NCBI RefSeq assembly: GCF_000002075.1
Contig: NW_004797311.1
Span: forward strand, 673,968 to 737,967
Source of the DNA: Aplysia californica
Taxonomy: Eukaryota
Direction of reading: 5' to 3'
DNA length: 64,000 bases
Positions 14,951 through 27,769 of this stretch are shown here, piece after piece. The first letter of the stretch is position 1; each line of letters opens with the position of its first letter. Under the pieces are notes generated by a model. The model was not told where the DNA came from and made no database searches. It worked only from the letters and a program-made list of their open reading frames with translations. The translations under genes and the position numbers were made by a program.

Positions 14951-15095
14951 NNNNNNNNNNNNNNNNNNNNNNNNNNNNNNNNNNNNNNNNNNNNNNNNNN
15001 NNNNNNNNNNNNNNNNNNNNNNNNNNNNNNNNNNNNNNNNNNNNNNNNNNNNNNNNNNNNNNNNNNNNNNNNNNNNNNNNNNNNNNNNNNNNNNN
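14951..15095. other. Assembly gap (145 N)
   Basis: N run. Confidence 1.
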
Positions 15096-17845
15096 CCAGG
15101 AAAGATATTAGGGAGATGAGCCAAAATTTTTAGGGAGAAATGAAAAAACAATACGGAGATTTCAAAATCATGCGGTTCCGCAAGTACTATACACAAAAAA
15201 TTTAATAAAAAAGGAGATTATTTATTATAATGCTAGATCTACATGCATTGACAGATAGCTTGAGCGACAAGGCAAGAATGACGATGAATGAAGAAAGACT
15301 GGTGACGTCACACGACCATGAACGGGGCAAAATCTAACAATGAATCAAGAAGAGTGACGTCATGCGACAAAAATTCAAAGGCTTTTCTATTCTAAGACAA
15401 AGGCTGGCCCTGTTTACGTGCCTAAGACCCAATCAACCAATAATTAATAACCTACGGGCCTAGCTTCACAGAACCATTGTTTCATGGATTCGCTGCTCCA
15501 ATTAGCCCCCTTTGTTCGCATTACGAATGAAATTTGAAAGACTGCTTGATTACTTTCTTTTATGGTCAGTCACTATACTGAAGTCTTACCTTTGCAGTAT
15601 AGTACAGTGATAGATCTATCTAGTGTATAGCAACTATGGGCCTAGCTTCGTGGAACCATTGCTTCGTGGATTAGCTACTCTGTAGCTAGCCTCCTTACTT
15701 TACTCGAATGATTGAAAGACCGCTCCACTACTTTAATGGTCATATTTTTCTTGATTTCTAGAAAGATCCTGCAAAATTGAGAAAAAATGAGGAAAATCGG
15801 GAGACTGGGGCGATTGCCGGGAGGTCGGGAGACTGACTCATTTTTCGGTCGTCTCCTACAACAATCAGAAGGATTGGATCTCTGATATATAACCTTTGAA
15901 AATTTAGCTACATGTATCATGCAAAAATTATCAAACTCATGAGATGGTATGATGTAGAGATACTTGAGACAGAAGGAACACAAATTAAACAAAACAATGG
16001 TCAGTATTATTTTACTTTCACTCCTAACTGTCTCATACTCAGGTATTTTTTAAAAGCACTTTTTATGAAATTCATAAATTATTTTTATCGTTTTAAAAAA
16101 TTTAATATAACATAAAACTTACAATCAATCTGTCACAAATTATTAATTTTTAGATGGGAAATGTCTTTATTTAAACTTTGTATTTCAGTAGACCTAATTG
16201 TGTAGTTGTAGTAACATTTCACATGCTTTTTTAAGATGGGGGGCATGTTTCCTGTAACCTAAAAAAATTGGGAAGGGGGGGGAGGGGGGGGGGGTGTTCA
16301 TGGACCTGTCTTCTAGCGTAATCACATGAGTTGACTGAAATGTTAACTCACTTCAGACGGTTCACACAACAGTAGCGTGACCCCCGCCGCGACGCTCGCG
16401 ACGGCTCCCACAAGCCCTGCGTGACCAACTTTGGACATTTTTTTTCGCTCTACAAATCATGCACGGATCGCGAGGCCCGCCTCGTACCCTTGTTTGGCCA
16501 AGCCTGAGATACTTAGACTTTGTTTCGTATCTCTGGGGCCCGTAGTTTTTAAGTTATTGAAGTAGGTGAAGGACAGTGACCCCACCTGGGGTTGAACAGA
16601 CCGAAACTCGCGCTTTGTTTTTTTCTATACAGTCGCGTCGTAGTAACAGTCGAAGAAGTCGCATGAACAAGAATCACATAATTTCGCCATTTTCTATACT
16701 TCCGTACGTTTTATAAGTTCTAGTGTCTCAGAAAAAGATGTGTCTAATAGTTAGGATCCTGGATTATGTACTCGAACACGGCCTGAGTCGTAGTTCTAGG
16801 GCTAGATCTAGCACTAGTACTGGTGTTGTTTTTCACGCAACGAAATCACAGCGTCGTGCCGTACATCTGTCTCATGTAATTCAGTGTATGGGTCTGAATC
16901 AATGCACAGACCAGCTTTTATATTTTCACCAAACACTCGCACATGGATACAAATCAAACCAGAACACTTTGAACTTTTATTTTTGTTGTTGTAGTGAATT
17001 TCATTCTACCTGTCACGTCTCTGGAAATTTTTCGGAAAATCAAATTCATGCCAATTTTTAAAAAATTATACAAAGTAAAGTATTAGACTTAGACAACTTT
17101 AATTTTTTTTATAATTAGAACTTGAATGTTACTTTACTGTGTCAAAAAATATTTACAATAGGGTAATTCTGAGAGTTGTTGTGATTTATTGAAATACACC
17201 CCCAAAAACACCAGTCTTCAACGCTTGTGACTGGTGAAAGGGCCCAGTCGTAAGTGAGTCCAAGTGCAATTGAAAAGCATTAGAATTTTGTATGTGTGAA
17301 TGTAAGTCCTAGGTAACTGGAGGGTAACTTTTTACTTTCAATTCAGCACCGTTTTGCATTGTTTTGGGGGTCAAACTGACTTAATTTTTGCAGCAGATTG
17401 CACTATGGTCACTACAACTGTTGCAGTTCAATCATTTTCAAGAAAATTTCAAACCTAATTCCAAAACATCAAATTACGAGGAAAAACGGGGTGGATGCCC
17501 TCCTGTAACTGTAACCCCCCACTCCCCGATTTTTTACTTCAGGGGGAGGGGCATGCCCCAATGAAGAAATCCCCCGTTAAGTCCAAAGAGCGGAACTATG
17601 CAATTAATTAGCTTATATATATATATATATATTTATTGTGATACTGTGAATAAATACCATCAAATATTTTTTAAATGATTAATGTGCGACGAATGCAAAG
17701 TCGATATAATCGTGTAAAACGATTCCACAAGAAAAGGCCTTTATATATATATTATAATACCTGAGCATGAGAGGGTAGTGAAAATAAAATAAGGCCAGCT
17801 CTATTTCTCCGAATGTTTGGGAAAACAAACTTGAACTCGAAGTCT

Positions 17846-18319
17846 ATTTCTCCGAATGGTTTCCGTTCTCGAGATATGTTCGCTAATTTGCGAATGGAGA
17901 GGCCTGCGCGAGAGTGTGTGTGTGTGTGTAAGGTGTTGGTGGGGGGCCTTGGGGCGTGGAGGGATTTTGTTTTGTTTACTTACATGAGAAGGATTTTAGT
18001 TTTTGCTAAAGTGATTAGTGGTGACTAAATGCAAAATAGGTTTCTTCCAAAGTCGAGCGGTCTTGTTTTCTCGCCGCAGTACCTTTTGAAGGCATTTTCA
18101 AATTAAGTATAGTCCAGGAACGTTGTCCAAACCACAACTGAAGTATCTGAATATTCAGACGTCTAAAAATCTCTAGCTCTAGACTCTAGAAATTGAATTC
18201 GACACAAACATAAATATGCTCCTTCCCAGTCCTCACAAAAAGGCAGAATGAGAATGAAAGATGATGCCTAAATCTCGCAAAAACCAAAAAATCTCGAGAA
18301 CGGAAACCGTTCGTAGAAA
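17846..18319. repeat. 29-bp inverted repeat pair (probable decayed MITE)
   Basis: TTTCTCCGAATGGTTTCCGTTCTCGAGAT vs ATCTCGAGAACGGAAACCGTTCGTAGAAA. Confidence 0.55.
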
Positions 18320-18383
18320 TTTTGTGTTTTTAGTTTACTTTTTAGAGTCAAGTTCCAGCAGCTTGAATGAAAGAAAAGTTCTT

Positions 18384-18705
18384 AGACAAGGCTACTCTAG
18401 TTCAGAAGTTCTAGTCTACACGAGTAGATCTCAGATCTAGATCTAGAGTCTACTGGTTAGCATTCTAACCTTCTATTGTTACATTACTAGATCTCTAGAT
18501 CTAGATTTAGAATCTAGTTACTGTAGCCGACTCTCTCAGTCTGTCTAGATCTAGATTTCTAGATCTAGATAGATCTTGATTTAGAAGCTCTAGATCTAGA
18601 TCTAGAATCTAGTCCCAGAAGCCAGAAGTAGAAGAGACAATTTGAATGATCTATTATTCTAGTCTATAGTTTATAATATAATAGCTAGATCTAGATCTAG
18701 ATTCT
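18384..18705. repeat. Degenerate (TAGATC)n palindromic simple-repeat field
   Basis: Many TCTAGATCTAGA runs; further patches at about 19840-19888 and 20164-20226. Confidence 0.8.
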
Positions 18706-19093
18706 ATGTCCTTTTCTATATTCAACGATATGCAAAGTAATTTGTGCATTATTGAATTTTACATGATGAAAACACGTTTTAATTTAGAAACATCAGATCC
18801 ACAGTAGAAAGAACAGAAGGAAGGGCGAATCAACTTTCATTTCAAATCAAATTAGTCAAACATGCTCGGGCACGCAAGCTTGGTGGACAACGTAACCACT
18901 TGTGTCCGCACAGAATATGAAGTTTATAGATAATCTGTCATCTCTAAACGAAGTAAGATACCGTTCGAGCATTATATATTAATAAATATGTAAACAGGTT
19001 GGTATTCGTACCCGAAAACTCATATTTCATATATTTTCAGTCACGGTAGCTACGGATGTCGATGCCAGGGATCCATGTTGTAAACAAACTTAC

Positions 19094-19124
19094 CGCTGCA
19101 TGCCTCCGCCGATTCTCGGCTCAT
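19094..19124 (-). CDS. Candidate upstream coding exon of the ALMS1-like gene (MSRESAEACS)
   Basis: gaaATG context and strong G|GTAAGT donor. It ends in phase 1 while exon 14208 starts in phase 0, so a missing exon would be needed. Confidence 0.3.
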
Positions 19125-20429
19125 TTCGGAAATTATGAAGTTGTTATTGTTGTGGGGAATAGAAATACTGCTTCAATCATTTCTACAAACAGAAATGTTC
19201 ATAATTTCCTGTGCATTGAAATTTTGTCCTCGAAATTTAGGACATAATAATAAAAAAAAATATTAAAGAAATGGAAACACAACGTTCTGTAAAATGTTCC
19301 AGTCCAAATAAATGAGGGAGAACACAAGGGCACTTTCATCAGATACAGAGAGAAAACTAAGCTATAGAAAACTATTCTAGATCTTGGCTGCTTTTGTCAA
19401 GCAATTTTATCTTAACCGTTCTACGGTTTAAAGTAATCATGAATACTTTGAATATCTAAAGAAATTTTAAAGAAAAAACACTGATCTATCAGTATTGAAT
19501 GAACTACCGTTGAAATAGTAATAGCCTAATATAATGAAAATTTAAAAATAGGGCTAATTGAAATTTTCAAACTTTGATCCACACCAACTTTCTCTTACAA
19601 TAAATTTCAAGATGTCTGCGCCCTTGTCGAGCAATGGTGAGCTTCGACCCGTAGAATACACAATAATACACCGACGTCTTCGAGGCATTGCTATTATAAA
19701 TCCAAGGCCTTATTTATACAATTAGAATCTATACTATAGAGAATGGAATAAGACAGGTCTCCTTCGAGGCTTCTTATTGCTGTATGTAAATGAGTTCCGT
19801 AACGAGCAGAATTGAGGGCAAAGGGTAGGCCTATAAATACTAGATCTAGATCTATAACTATAATCCTATATATATCTAGATCTAGATAGCGATTTTGTAG
19901 TTTCGTTCGTTAAAGTCAAGAGATGGGGGGTTTCAGGGGGGCTTGCCCCCCTGACCTAATAAAAATATGGAGGTTGGGGGGTTCAGGGGGGCATGCCCCC
20001 CTGAATGTTTTCCAATTGTGATGTTTTAAAGTTAGGTTGCATCCCTGCTCTTTGTGCAGCCTATTTCAAAGAGTATTTTTGGTCATCAAGACTTCTGTGG
20101 ATTTCTTCTCTGGATGTAAACAAATTGGTCGTGGACTTAAACGAACGGAACTACAAGATCACCCTAGATTCTAGTAGGGTAGGGACTAGATCTCTAGATA
20201 TTAAGATCTAGATTCTAGAGATCTAGGGTTTGGGTTAGGTCTCTTCTTTATTGTGTTTGAATTGATGGGGTGGTCGCTCGTTACGGAACTCCTTCCAGAT
20301 ATTGACTTTTTAAAAGTAGGCTGTAGATCTAGAATCAGAAACACAATACTTAAACAAAGACGGTGAGAAACAACTGGTACCATACTCTTGCTGTTCCTAG
20401 CCTAAAAGCGTGCAATTTCGTTGGGCAGT

Positions 20430-20520
20430 GGAGAGAGAGAGGAGTAGCGCGAGAACTTCCGGGCAAAACAAAATAGCGACCCGCGTAGTTCGGCTCGATT
20501 CGAAAAGTGAAAAATAGCCA
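20430..20520. promoter_or_regulatory. Candidate bidirectional promoter of ALMS1-like (-) and SUPV3L1 (+)
   Basis: CpG-rich patch between the divergent genes with an ETS-type ACTTCCGG (20455-20462) and YY1-like CAAAATAGCG. SUPV3L1's ATG exon has its own acceptor (24188), implying an upstream non-coding exon. Confidence 0.4.
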
Positions 20521-20618
20521 TAGCATCTTTGTAGACCAGCAAATTAGCTTACTTTTGTGCTAGATCTATAATGTCATTTTTTCTTAGCTTTACTTTCGTC
20601 AAGACTCAATTTGATCAT

Positions 20619-21218
20619 CGAAGTGGCTAGCCGTACTTAAGTACGGCTAGACTGAGAGTCTAGCCGTACTTAGATCTAGGTTTGGCCCAATCGACTCAAG
20701 CCTGTTAAGTACACAGGTCTCATTAGACCTAGATCTAGTAATTATTCAGGTTCAAATACATGCAAGTCAGTAAGGCACCTTTTGGTTTTGTCTGAAATAC
20801 AAATACTTTTGGCATTGCAAACTAAAAATTTCATTTACAATACAGCCATCAATATTAAGTACGGCTAGCCTGACAGTCTAGCCGTCCTTAAGTACGGTTA
20901 GCCTGGCTGTCTACCCGTACTTAAGTACGGCTAGACAAGAAGTCTAGCCGTACTTAAGTACGGCTAGACTGCCAGTCTAGCCGTACTTATCTTAGGTCCT
21001 ATTAACATTAGAAAACAGGAGGTTTTAAAATACATACACTGTCATTAAGGCACCTGGTTTCGTCTCAAATACAAATGCTTTAGGTACTGCACACTAAAAA
21101 TGTATATTTACCATTCAGTAGGCCTATTTTTTGTAAATGGTCAGTCTAGCCATCATATTAAGAATAAGTACGGCTAGACTGCGAGTCTAGCCGTCATTAA
21201 GTACGGCTAGCCTCTTCC
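20619..21218. mobile_element. Non-autonomous Foldback/MULE-like element built of 33-bp palindromic units
   Basis: TIR GAAGTGGCTAGCCGTACTTAA / TTAAGTACGGCTAGCCTCTTC; 9-bp direct flank TTTGATCAT at 20610-20618 and 21219-21227; internal AAGTACGGCTAGACTGNCAGTCTAGCCGTACTT units. Confidence 0.8.
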
Positions 21219-21444
21219 TTTGATCATCCTCACCGATAGACACAGAGTAGTCCGAAATTAGGAAAAACGTCTTGTTTCACACCAGGTGAGAATAGCCAAC
21301 GCTGGCAAGTTTCACCTGGGGTGAGAGGTCAATCGTATTTTTATTCTCACTCCGGGTGAGGATAGCCACTTCCCTAATAAAAGCAAGTTGGCTTTATCAG
21401 GATTCCATTGTATGTTGTCATAAATATTTTTCCTTGTTATTTTA

Positions 21445-23700
21445 TTGGATTTACTTGGATCCAGAGCTAGAATCATAGCAGGCGGCACATGTCCATATCT
21501 GCTCATCTCTCCTTTCCAGCGTCCACCTCAGGGTCTTCCTGCTAATTGTCTCCATGAGGAGCTGGTTTGAGACACGCCTGACCACTCCTCGGAGCAAACT
21601 TTTTTTTGCTGTTCCCCGCACACACTTTTCTTTTATTGTGCTGAGTAAGTGGGAGTCTTTCTCCTCTTGGTCATGAAGGCTCTCCTTGCATCTGGCGATC
21701 ACCATTGGTGGGTTGAGCATGATTCGGCCATTGGGTGCTGCTTTGCCGGCAAGTTAATCAGCACGCTTATTTCCGTGCACCCCGGCGTGACCAGGGCAGA
21801 ACACCCATGTAATCCTTAGGAGGTGGCTATTTGCAATGGAAGCTCTGCAGTCACTGTAGAGCCACCCACTCCTGATTTTTTCTAGGGTGCTCATCGAATC
21901 TGTGACAAACAGGGCATGTTTATACACTTCCATACTGATCCATTCCAGCGTCTCTGTTATAGCTTTGACCTCCATTGCCATGATCGATGTAGGGCACTCG
22001 TAGGCTCCAGACTGTTCTTAATTATCTTCCCGTCAACTCGAGCACTGAATGCCCACCCAGATTTCTGGCCACGCCTCACTGATCCGTCGGTGAAGACGAT
22101 AACATCACTCATCACTGAATTTTCCTCAAGGATGACCACAATTTCCGCATTAGTTGCATTTGCTGGCCACTTGTGACACTCTCGAGTAGCTATCACCTTC
22201 ATGAAGTTGCTCATGTCTTTCTCCAGCCTCATCCAGTCACATCCTCTTCGTATGTCCTCGATTTCACAGCACATATCGAGAGTTCGCTCCGCCTGCGCCA
22301 TCCATGAAGATCCTCTTTTCAATCTTTGGCGTACTTGGTTTCCTATTTTCGGATGTAGAGGGTGACATTCGTCTGCTGTTACTCGAAGATAGGCCTTGAC
22401 TTGTGCTAGCTTATGTCGGTGGGTTAACGTTGGCAGGTCCAGCAGATACCTCATCGCTGATGCTGCTGTGTCACTGGTGCATCCCAAAACAGTTCTCATT
22501 CCTTCATTTTGAATGACTTCAAGGCGATGTAGCTGGGTTTTGGATAGAGTGAGCATACCAAGGCCATAGTCCACTGCAGACAGTACAACCGCTTGAAGCA
22601 TGATCATAAGGGCGGGCTGGGGCATAGATGCAGCCATCACTCTCAGTGCAACAAGTCCTTTCCTTGCTCTGGTGATAATGTTCGTCACATGGTCTTTTGC
22701 CGAGAGGGTGCGGTCAAAGATAATGCCCAGGTACTTCAATTTCTCTTGCCTTTCCAACTGCGTACCTTGTATATTGACAGAAGGCATGATAGCCTTGACT
22801 GCCCTGTTGTTGAGACTGGTCCACAGGACCCCTGCCTTCGCTGGATTAAGTTTTCCATTGTTCTGCTCGCAGGAAGATACTGGGAAGGAGAGGAAGAGTT
22901 AAAAGTCACATTGGAGGCTGTTCGAAATACTTAAGACGGCACCTGACACAGCACCAGGCCCAGATGGGGTGCGCTATTCCCACATCAAGGATCTGGATGA
23001 CCGCAAGTTGGAGAGTCTCGCAAACATCCTGGATATTAGTTTGCATGACGGGTTGGTTCCACAGGATTGGCTGGGATAATAAAGTACTATCTTATCTTAT
23101 CTTCCTTCAATGTCCCTTAGAATGCTCGTTCTTTCGTTCTCATTGTTCTGATTTGTTTGCCGCAGGTATTTGTTCAAAAGAGCCTGCCCTTTCTCCTCTT
23201 CCGATCTAACCCATGTACTGTCCTCTGTCTGAAAATCAGGAAGGCATGTTCTTGACTGACTTTTGTTCATTGCCTTGTGAAACCTCCAAAACTTTTGTAG
23301 GGATCTGTCACCTGTAATATTCTGGCAGAAGTCTTCCCATTTCTTGTTTTTCTCCTGCTCTGCTGTTTCTTTAAAAGTCTTTGATGCCTTTTTTGCAGCT
23401 TCCTGGAGTTCTGGATTCATTCGATTCCTTTGAGCCGCTCAGTGCTTTCCTTTTAATAACTCAGCGCTCCTGTATTTCCTCATTCCGCCATGGGGGTTTG
23501 GTCATGTCCTTTCTTATGCATTGGCTTTTCTCTTTTGTGTTCTTGCGTAGCATAGGGTCAGTCTCCAAAAGCGTGTATCTAAATGGTCTCTTCCTCTTCG
23601 GGCCACATTTCTCAAGAGTCTTTCTGATATGGACTCGGCATGGAAGATGGTCGCTTCCTTGACTGCTCAAAACGTCCCATCTACATTTAGCTGCCAGTTA
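21445..23700 (-). mobile_element. Degenerate non-LTR retrotransposon (AP endonuclease - RT - RNase H; I-group/Ingi/Nimb-like) with internal deletion and inversion
   Basis: EN C-terminal GSDHLP (about 23650); RT thumb LKYLGIIFD; RNase H VFTDGS, FVTDS, FCPGHAGVHGNKRAD. Carries stops and frameshifts; lies upstream of the first coding exon of SUPV3L1. Confidence 0.9.
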
Positions 23701-24233
23701 TTTTTGCTGCCTTGTTATTTTTTCACTTCACAAAAGTGTAACTTTACATTGATTCTAGACTCCCCCCCCCCCCCCTCCTTCTTACACTTTTCTTACAGGA
23801 GCCAAGACCCACCACCCCCTTTCTAGGCATTTGAACGCCCCCTTATAAGATTCGCACATCAGTAAATCTGCTCATGCAGCTTGACCAACTTATTTCCTTG
23901 CCATGTGCATTATGTCTTTAGTAGTAAAACATACTTTTCCATGAGTGGTGGTTGACTCATTTAGCACTAGATCTATATGCCTTGTCTCTCAATGTAGGTG
24001 AAAGCCTTTTTCATGCCAGACATTCATTTGTGCATGTAAAGGCAAGTATTGGCAGTTTTTATTCAGATTACATATTGGGGTAGAAAATGAACTACTGTTT
24101 AAACACATTTGAGAAGACTATTAGATTCTACATGTTCTTTTTCTTGATAACACTTTTTTTATATGGTTTTTACTATTTCTTTTTTCAGCTATACATCCTG
24201 TGAGATGAACTGAAACAAATCACAGTTTCAAAG

Positions 24234-27200
24234 ATGGGAACTCGTCTTGCAAGCAGATCATTTGTTCATCAAAAGGAACTCCTGGCAGTCGCTAGACATC
24301 TTTGCAGCAAACCAAGTCATCTTTTGCTGAAAAAAGAAGTAGTAGTCCACCAGTGCCAACGTCATAAATCAAGACATTCAAAAGATTCCCTTTCTTCAAT
24401 CATCCAGCCTCTTTCCGTCAAACCTGTCTCACGAAATGCAGATGACATCAATATTGGAGAGGAGTTAACTGGTACTCTCAAGAAAGGTAGGCTTTAGATT
24501 TTGCAGTCATGCCAAGTTCTTTGAAAAGATGGGATTTGTCATAATTTTTTTCTTGGTAAGACTTTCAAAGACCCGGACCAATTTTCTATAAATCTAATAC
24601 ATGGCATGGAAATAAGCTCTGTTATGACATGCTATTTGAATACAATTTTCTCTTCGTGATTCACTGAATTACATTTAAAATGTATTTAATATATCTCAGG
24701 CTTGTTTGTTGTTGTATTTGCAAAGTCAATTCATTACTTTAAATGACCTTAATACATCAGAGTTAATGTAACAATCTCCTTGTGGGTGGTTGGCGGGTGC
24801 TCTGGTGTGGTTTGCTTCTTCTTTCCTATCAAACATCTATTGTCCTTATCTCCCCTTCTTCTTTTTTATGTTTGTTACTCTCTTGTAACACCTCTAATCT
24901 TCTGGCCCTCATATATGACCTTATGCAGTTGCGAGCGCCGTAAAACCTCTACTGAAACTAAAAAACAATCTCCTTCTCTCCCCCCCCCCTCTTTCTTTTA
25001 TTTGGGGGAAAAGGGAAATTCTGTTAGTAATTGTACAGTCAAACTGTCTGATGACAGGCCAATGTTTTTAACTCTTTATGGCCTGAGTTTTTTCCACGGT
25101 TTCCCGGAGTTTTTTCTTACAGTTACCTAACATCATAACCCCAAAAGCTTGCCTCCAACTTTTAAATAACAAAAACAAAGGCTTAGTCATTGCTAAAAAA
25201 CTTGGTTGGGGAATAGTTCTGAAAAACAAGCAAAAGCTAGCAGCACTAAATAAAACAAAACAGTTGTCACTAGTACTGGACGCTCCCAGCATCTGATGGG
25301 GAACAGGGTTATTACCGCTGGATGCTCCCAGCATCCGATGGAGTTCAAAGAGTTAAGGGATTCATTATTCACCAAACTGATATGTCTGGTACAGTGATAT
25401 TTAAAGCTATAGATAGTGCTTTTATATACACAGCAATACTGGAAGCTATAGGTACAGTTGTATTCTGTCTCTAAATTAACCTGCAAGGAGTCTGAATTTG
25501 GAGGAATAATATGTTTGCCTAACTTTCAAAGTATTAAATTTATGAGGCTGAATGATGGAAAAGTAACTTACCATGTCAGTGACATGATAGTGTTGTCAAA
25601 ACAGGTATAATAATTTCAAACATCAATCCTACCCTTTGTAAAGCTTGTTTCTGATAATTTACTTACTTTCAGCACATAGAATTATGTTTTCAAAAACATC
25701 TGGTAGAGCATAATGTGTCTGTTTTGTGGATGGCATGCTCAATCTGTAATATAGTGAATATGTTTTATATTTTGTAGACTTGCCTTTTCATTAGCTTGCT
25801 ATCCATAAATGATGTTGTATGATTTCAGAAAAACTCCTGAAAGTACTCACGAAATTCCACAGCAGGGACAAAGTGAAGAAACTGGCCTTTGAAAATGGAT
25901 TGGACAGTGAGTGTTGTAATATCTTTTGTGTATGAATCCCTAGAAAAACAAATAGTGTAGATTTATGTATGTGTTTTTTCTTTGTCAAAAGTGAATTCAG
26001 TTTTTGAAAACCAGTTTATGTTATTTATGATGTAATTTTAGATTTTCGTCTGTATTTGTATTTTTATTGTAATATTTTGCACGTATTCTTTAATTTTTTT
26101 ATATTTTCTCTCTAATAGATCGTCTTTTTCACAAAGCCTACATCAGCTTTCGAAAGTATTGCGTTGAGTCAGAGCAGCTCCCTGTGGATCTTCACATTGT
26201 GATCAGTGATGTCTTGCAAGGCTCTGGTGAGTTCATGTCAGTGAAGAAAAGAAATGATATCTTGTTTGTCCTTGTTGAGATCTGGTTTTACAGCTCACAA
26301 CATTGCACATTTATGCAAAGCTAGCAGTAACATTGAATGACCTTTTTTGTACATCCCACTTAGTCACTGCTCCCAATGCCCAAGTTTGAGCTAGGGTAGA
26401 TGCAATATGCACCATTTTTTAAATTTGTAATTAGGCCTCTTTGAAAAAAGAATGGTAATGTCTTTAAAGGCGACACACGCATTTTGGGGTTGATGTATTC
26501 AATTACTGGGTTCTTTGTAATTAAAACTTTTTGACCAGGACTTTTGGAAATCTTTACTGTTACAGACTTTAATTTTTTTATTAACAATTTTTTTTCTGCT
26601 TTTTAGGGGTGGTGGTAAAATGTCTTCTTGTATACAATTATTTCTGCCAGGTGGTGCTCCTGATTGCTAATTGTCTCTTAATAGGTATTGATCAATGCCA
26701 ACAGCTGGATCAATAACAACTCGAGACAAATGTTACGATAACTTGTGTGGGATTTTGTTCTGTGGAAAGTCAATAGTCCTTTTTAAATAGTGGCCCTCTT
26801 AATACATGTAATGCATGAGCTGTCTGTGACATGTGTGACACATATAAATTGTTTTATTATGTACATTCATGTACATTTTTTGTTGATGTAAGAAGTAATA
26901 GTTGTTGTTTTTTTCCCCCTTCCTCTACAGGCAATGTGGATGATATTTTCCCATATTTCTTGAGACACTGCTTTGAGATTTTTCCTCATTTAGAATGCAT
27001 GGAAGACCTGAAAAAGATCAGTGACCTGAGACTACCGGCTAATTGGTAAGACTGGTGTTTTGGTTTTAGTTTTGGCCTATGAGAAAGAAAAGAATTGCAG
27101 TAGAGAAATGCCTGAAAGAAAATGATGTTACAATATGATGAAGATACTTTATTATTCTCTTGTCATTCACATGGCCATTTGCTATAGGTATTGTAAACCC

Positions 27201-27733
27201 TGTTCTTTCACAACTTTTCTTCATACAACAGATGTAAAATATTGGAGTGATAACACCAACTACAGGTAAGACAAGATTACTGGTGTACGTTGACCATAAG
27301 TGCGTGCCCAAAATCTTCTACTAGAAGAGAAATATTTTATATTCATTAAGTAGATTGTGCTGATTTACCATGAGAGTTATTTGAAACTGGAATATTCACT
27401 CCATGTTTATTTTTTGAAATGCTATCTACCTGTTCATATAGTTTAACAATAATAATTAAATAGATGGCATTTATATCAGTGCATTTCAATAATTTACAAT
27501 GCTCAATGCTCTTGACAAGACATAATAGTAGCCCACAATGGCATTAAAATGCTGGTAACATTCACGTACAAGGGTATTCATGTACATAATGCTGACATAA
27601 AATGACACAAATGTGTGTGTTAATGTATAAATATCATGTATACAGGAACATATTCAGTGACTGGGAAGTATAAAAAAAATTATATTATACACACACACAT
27701 ACAGGCATGCCGCACACATGCACACGCACAGGC

Positions 27734-27769
<36 letters not shown>

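Noticed and set aside
19061-19074. RFX X-box (GATGCCAGGGATCC) near the ALMS1-like 5' region
   Set aside because: Too many mismatches to the GTTGCCATGGCAAC-type consensus.
20857-20990. Regularly spaced palindromic repeats resembling a CRISPR array
   Set aside because: Units are contiguous with no unique spacers, there are no cas genes, the context is eukaryotic, and TIR/TSD explain it as a transposon.
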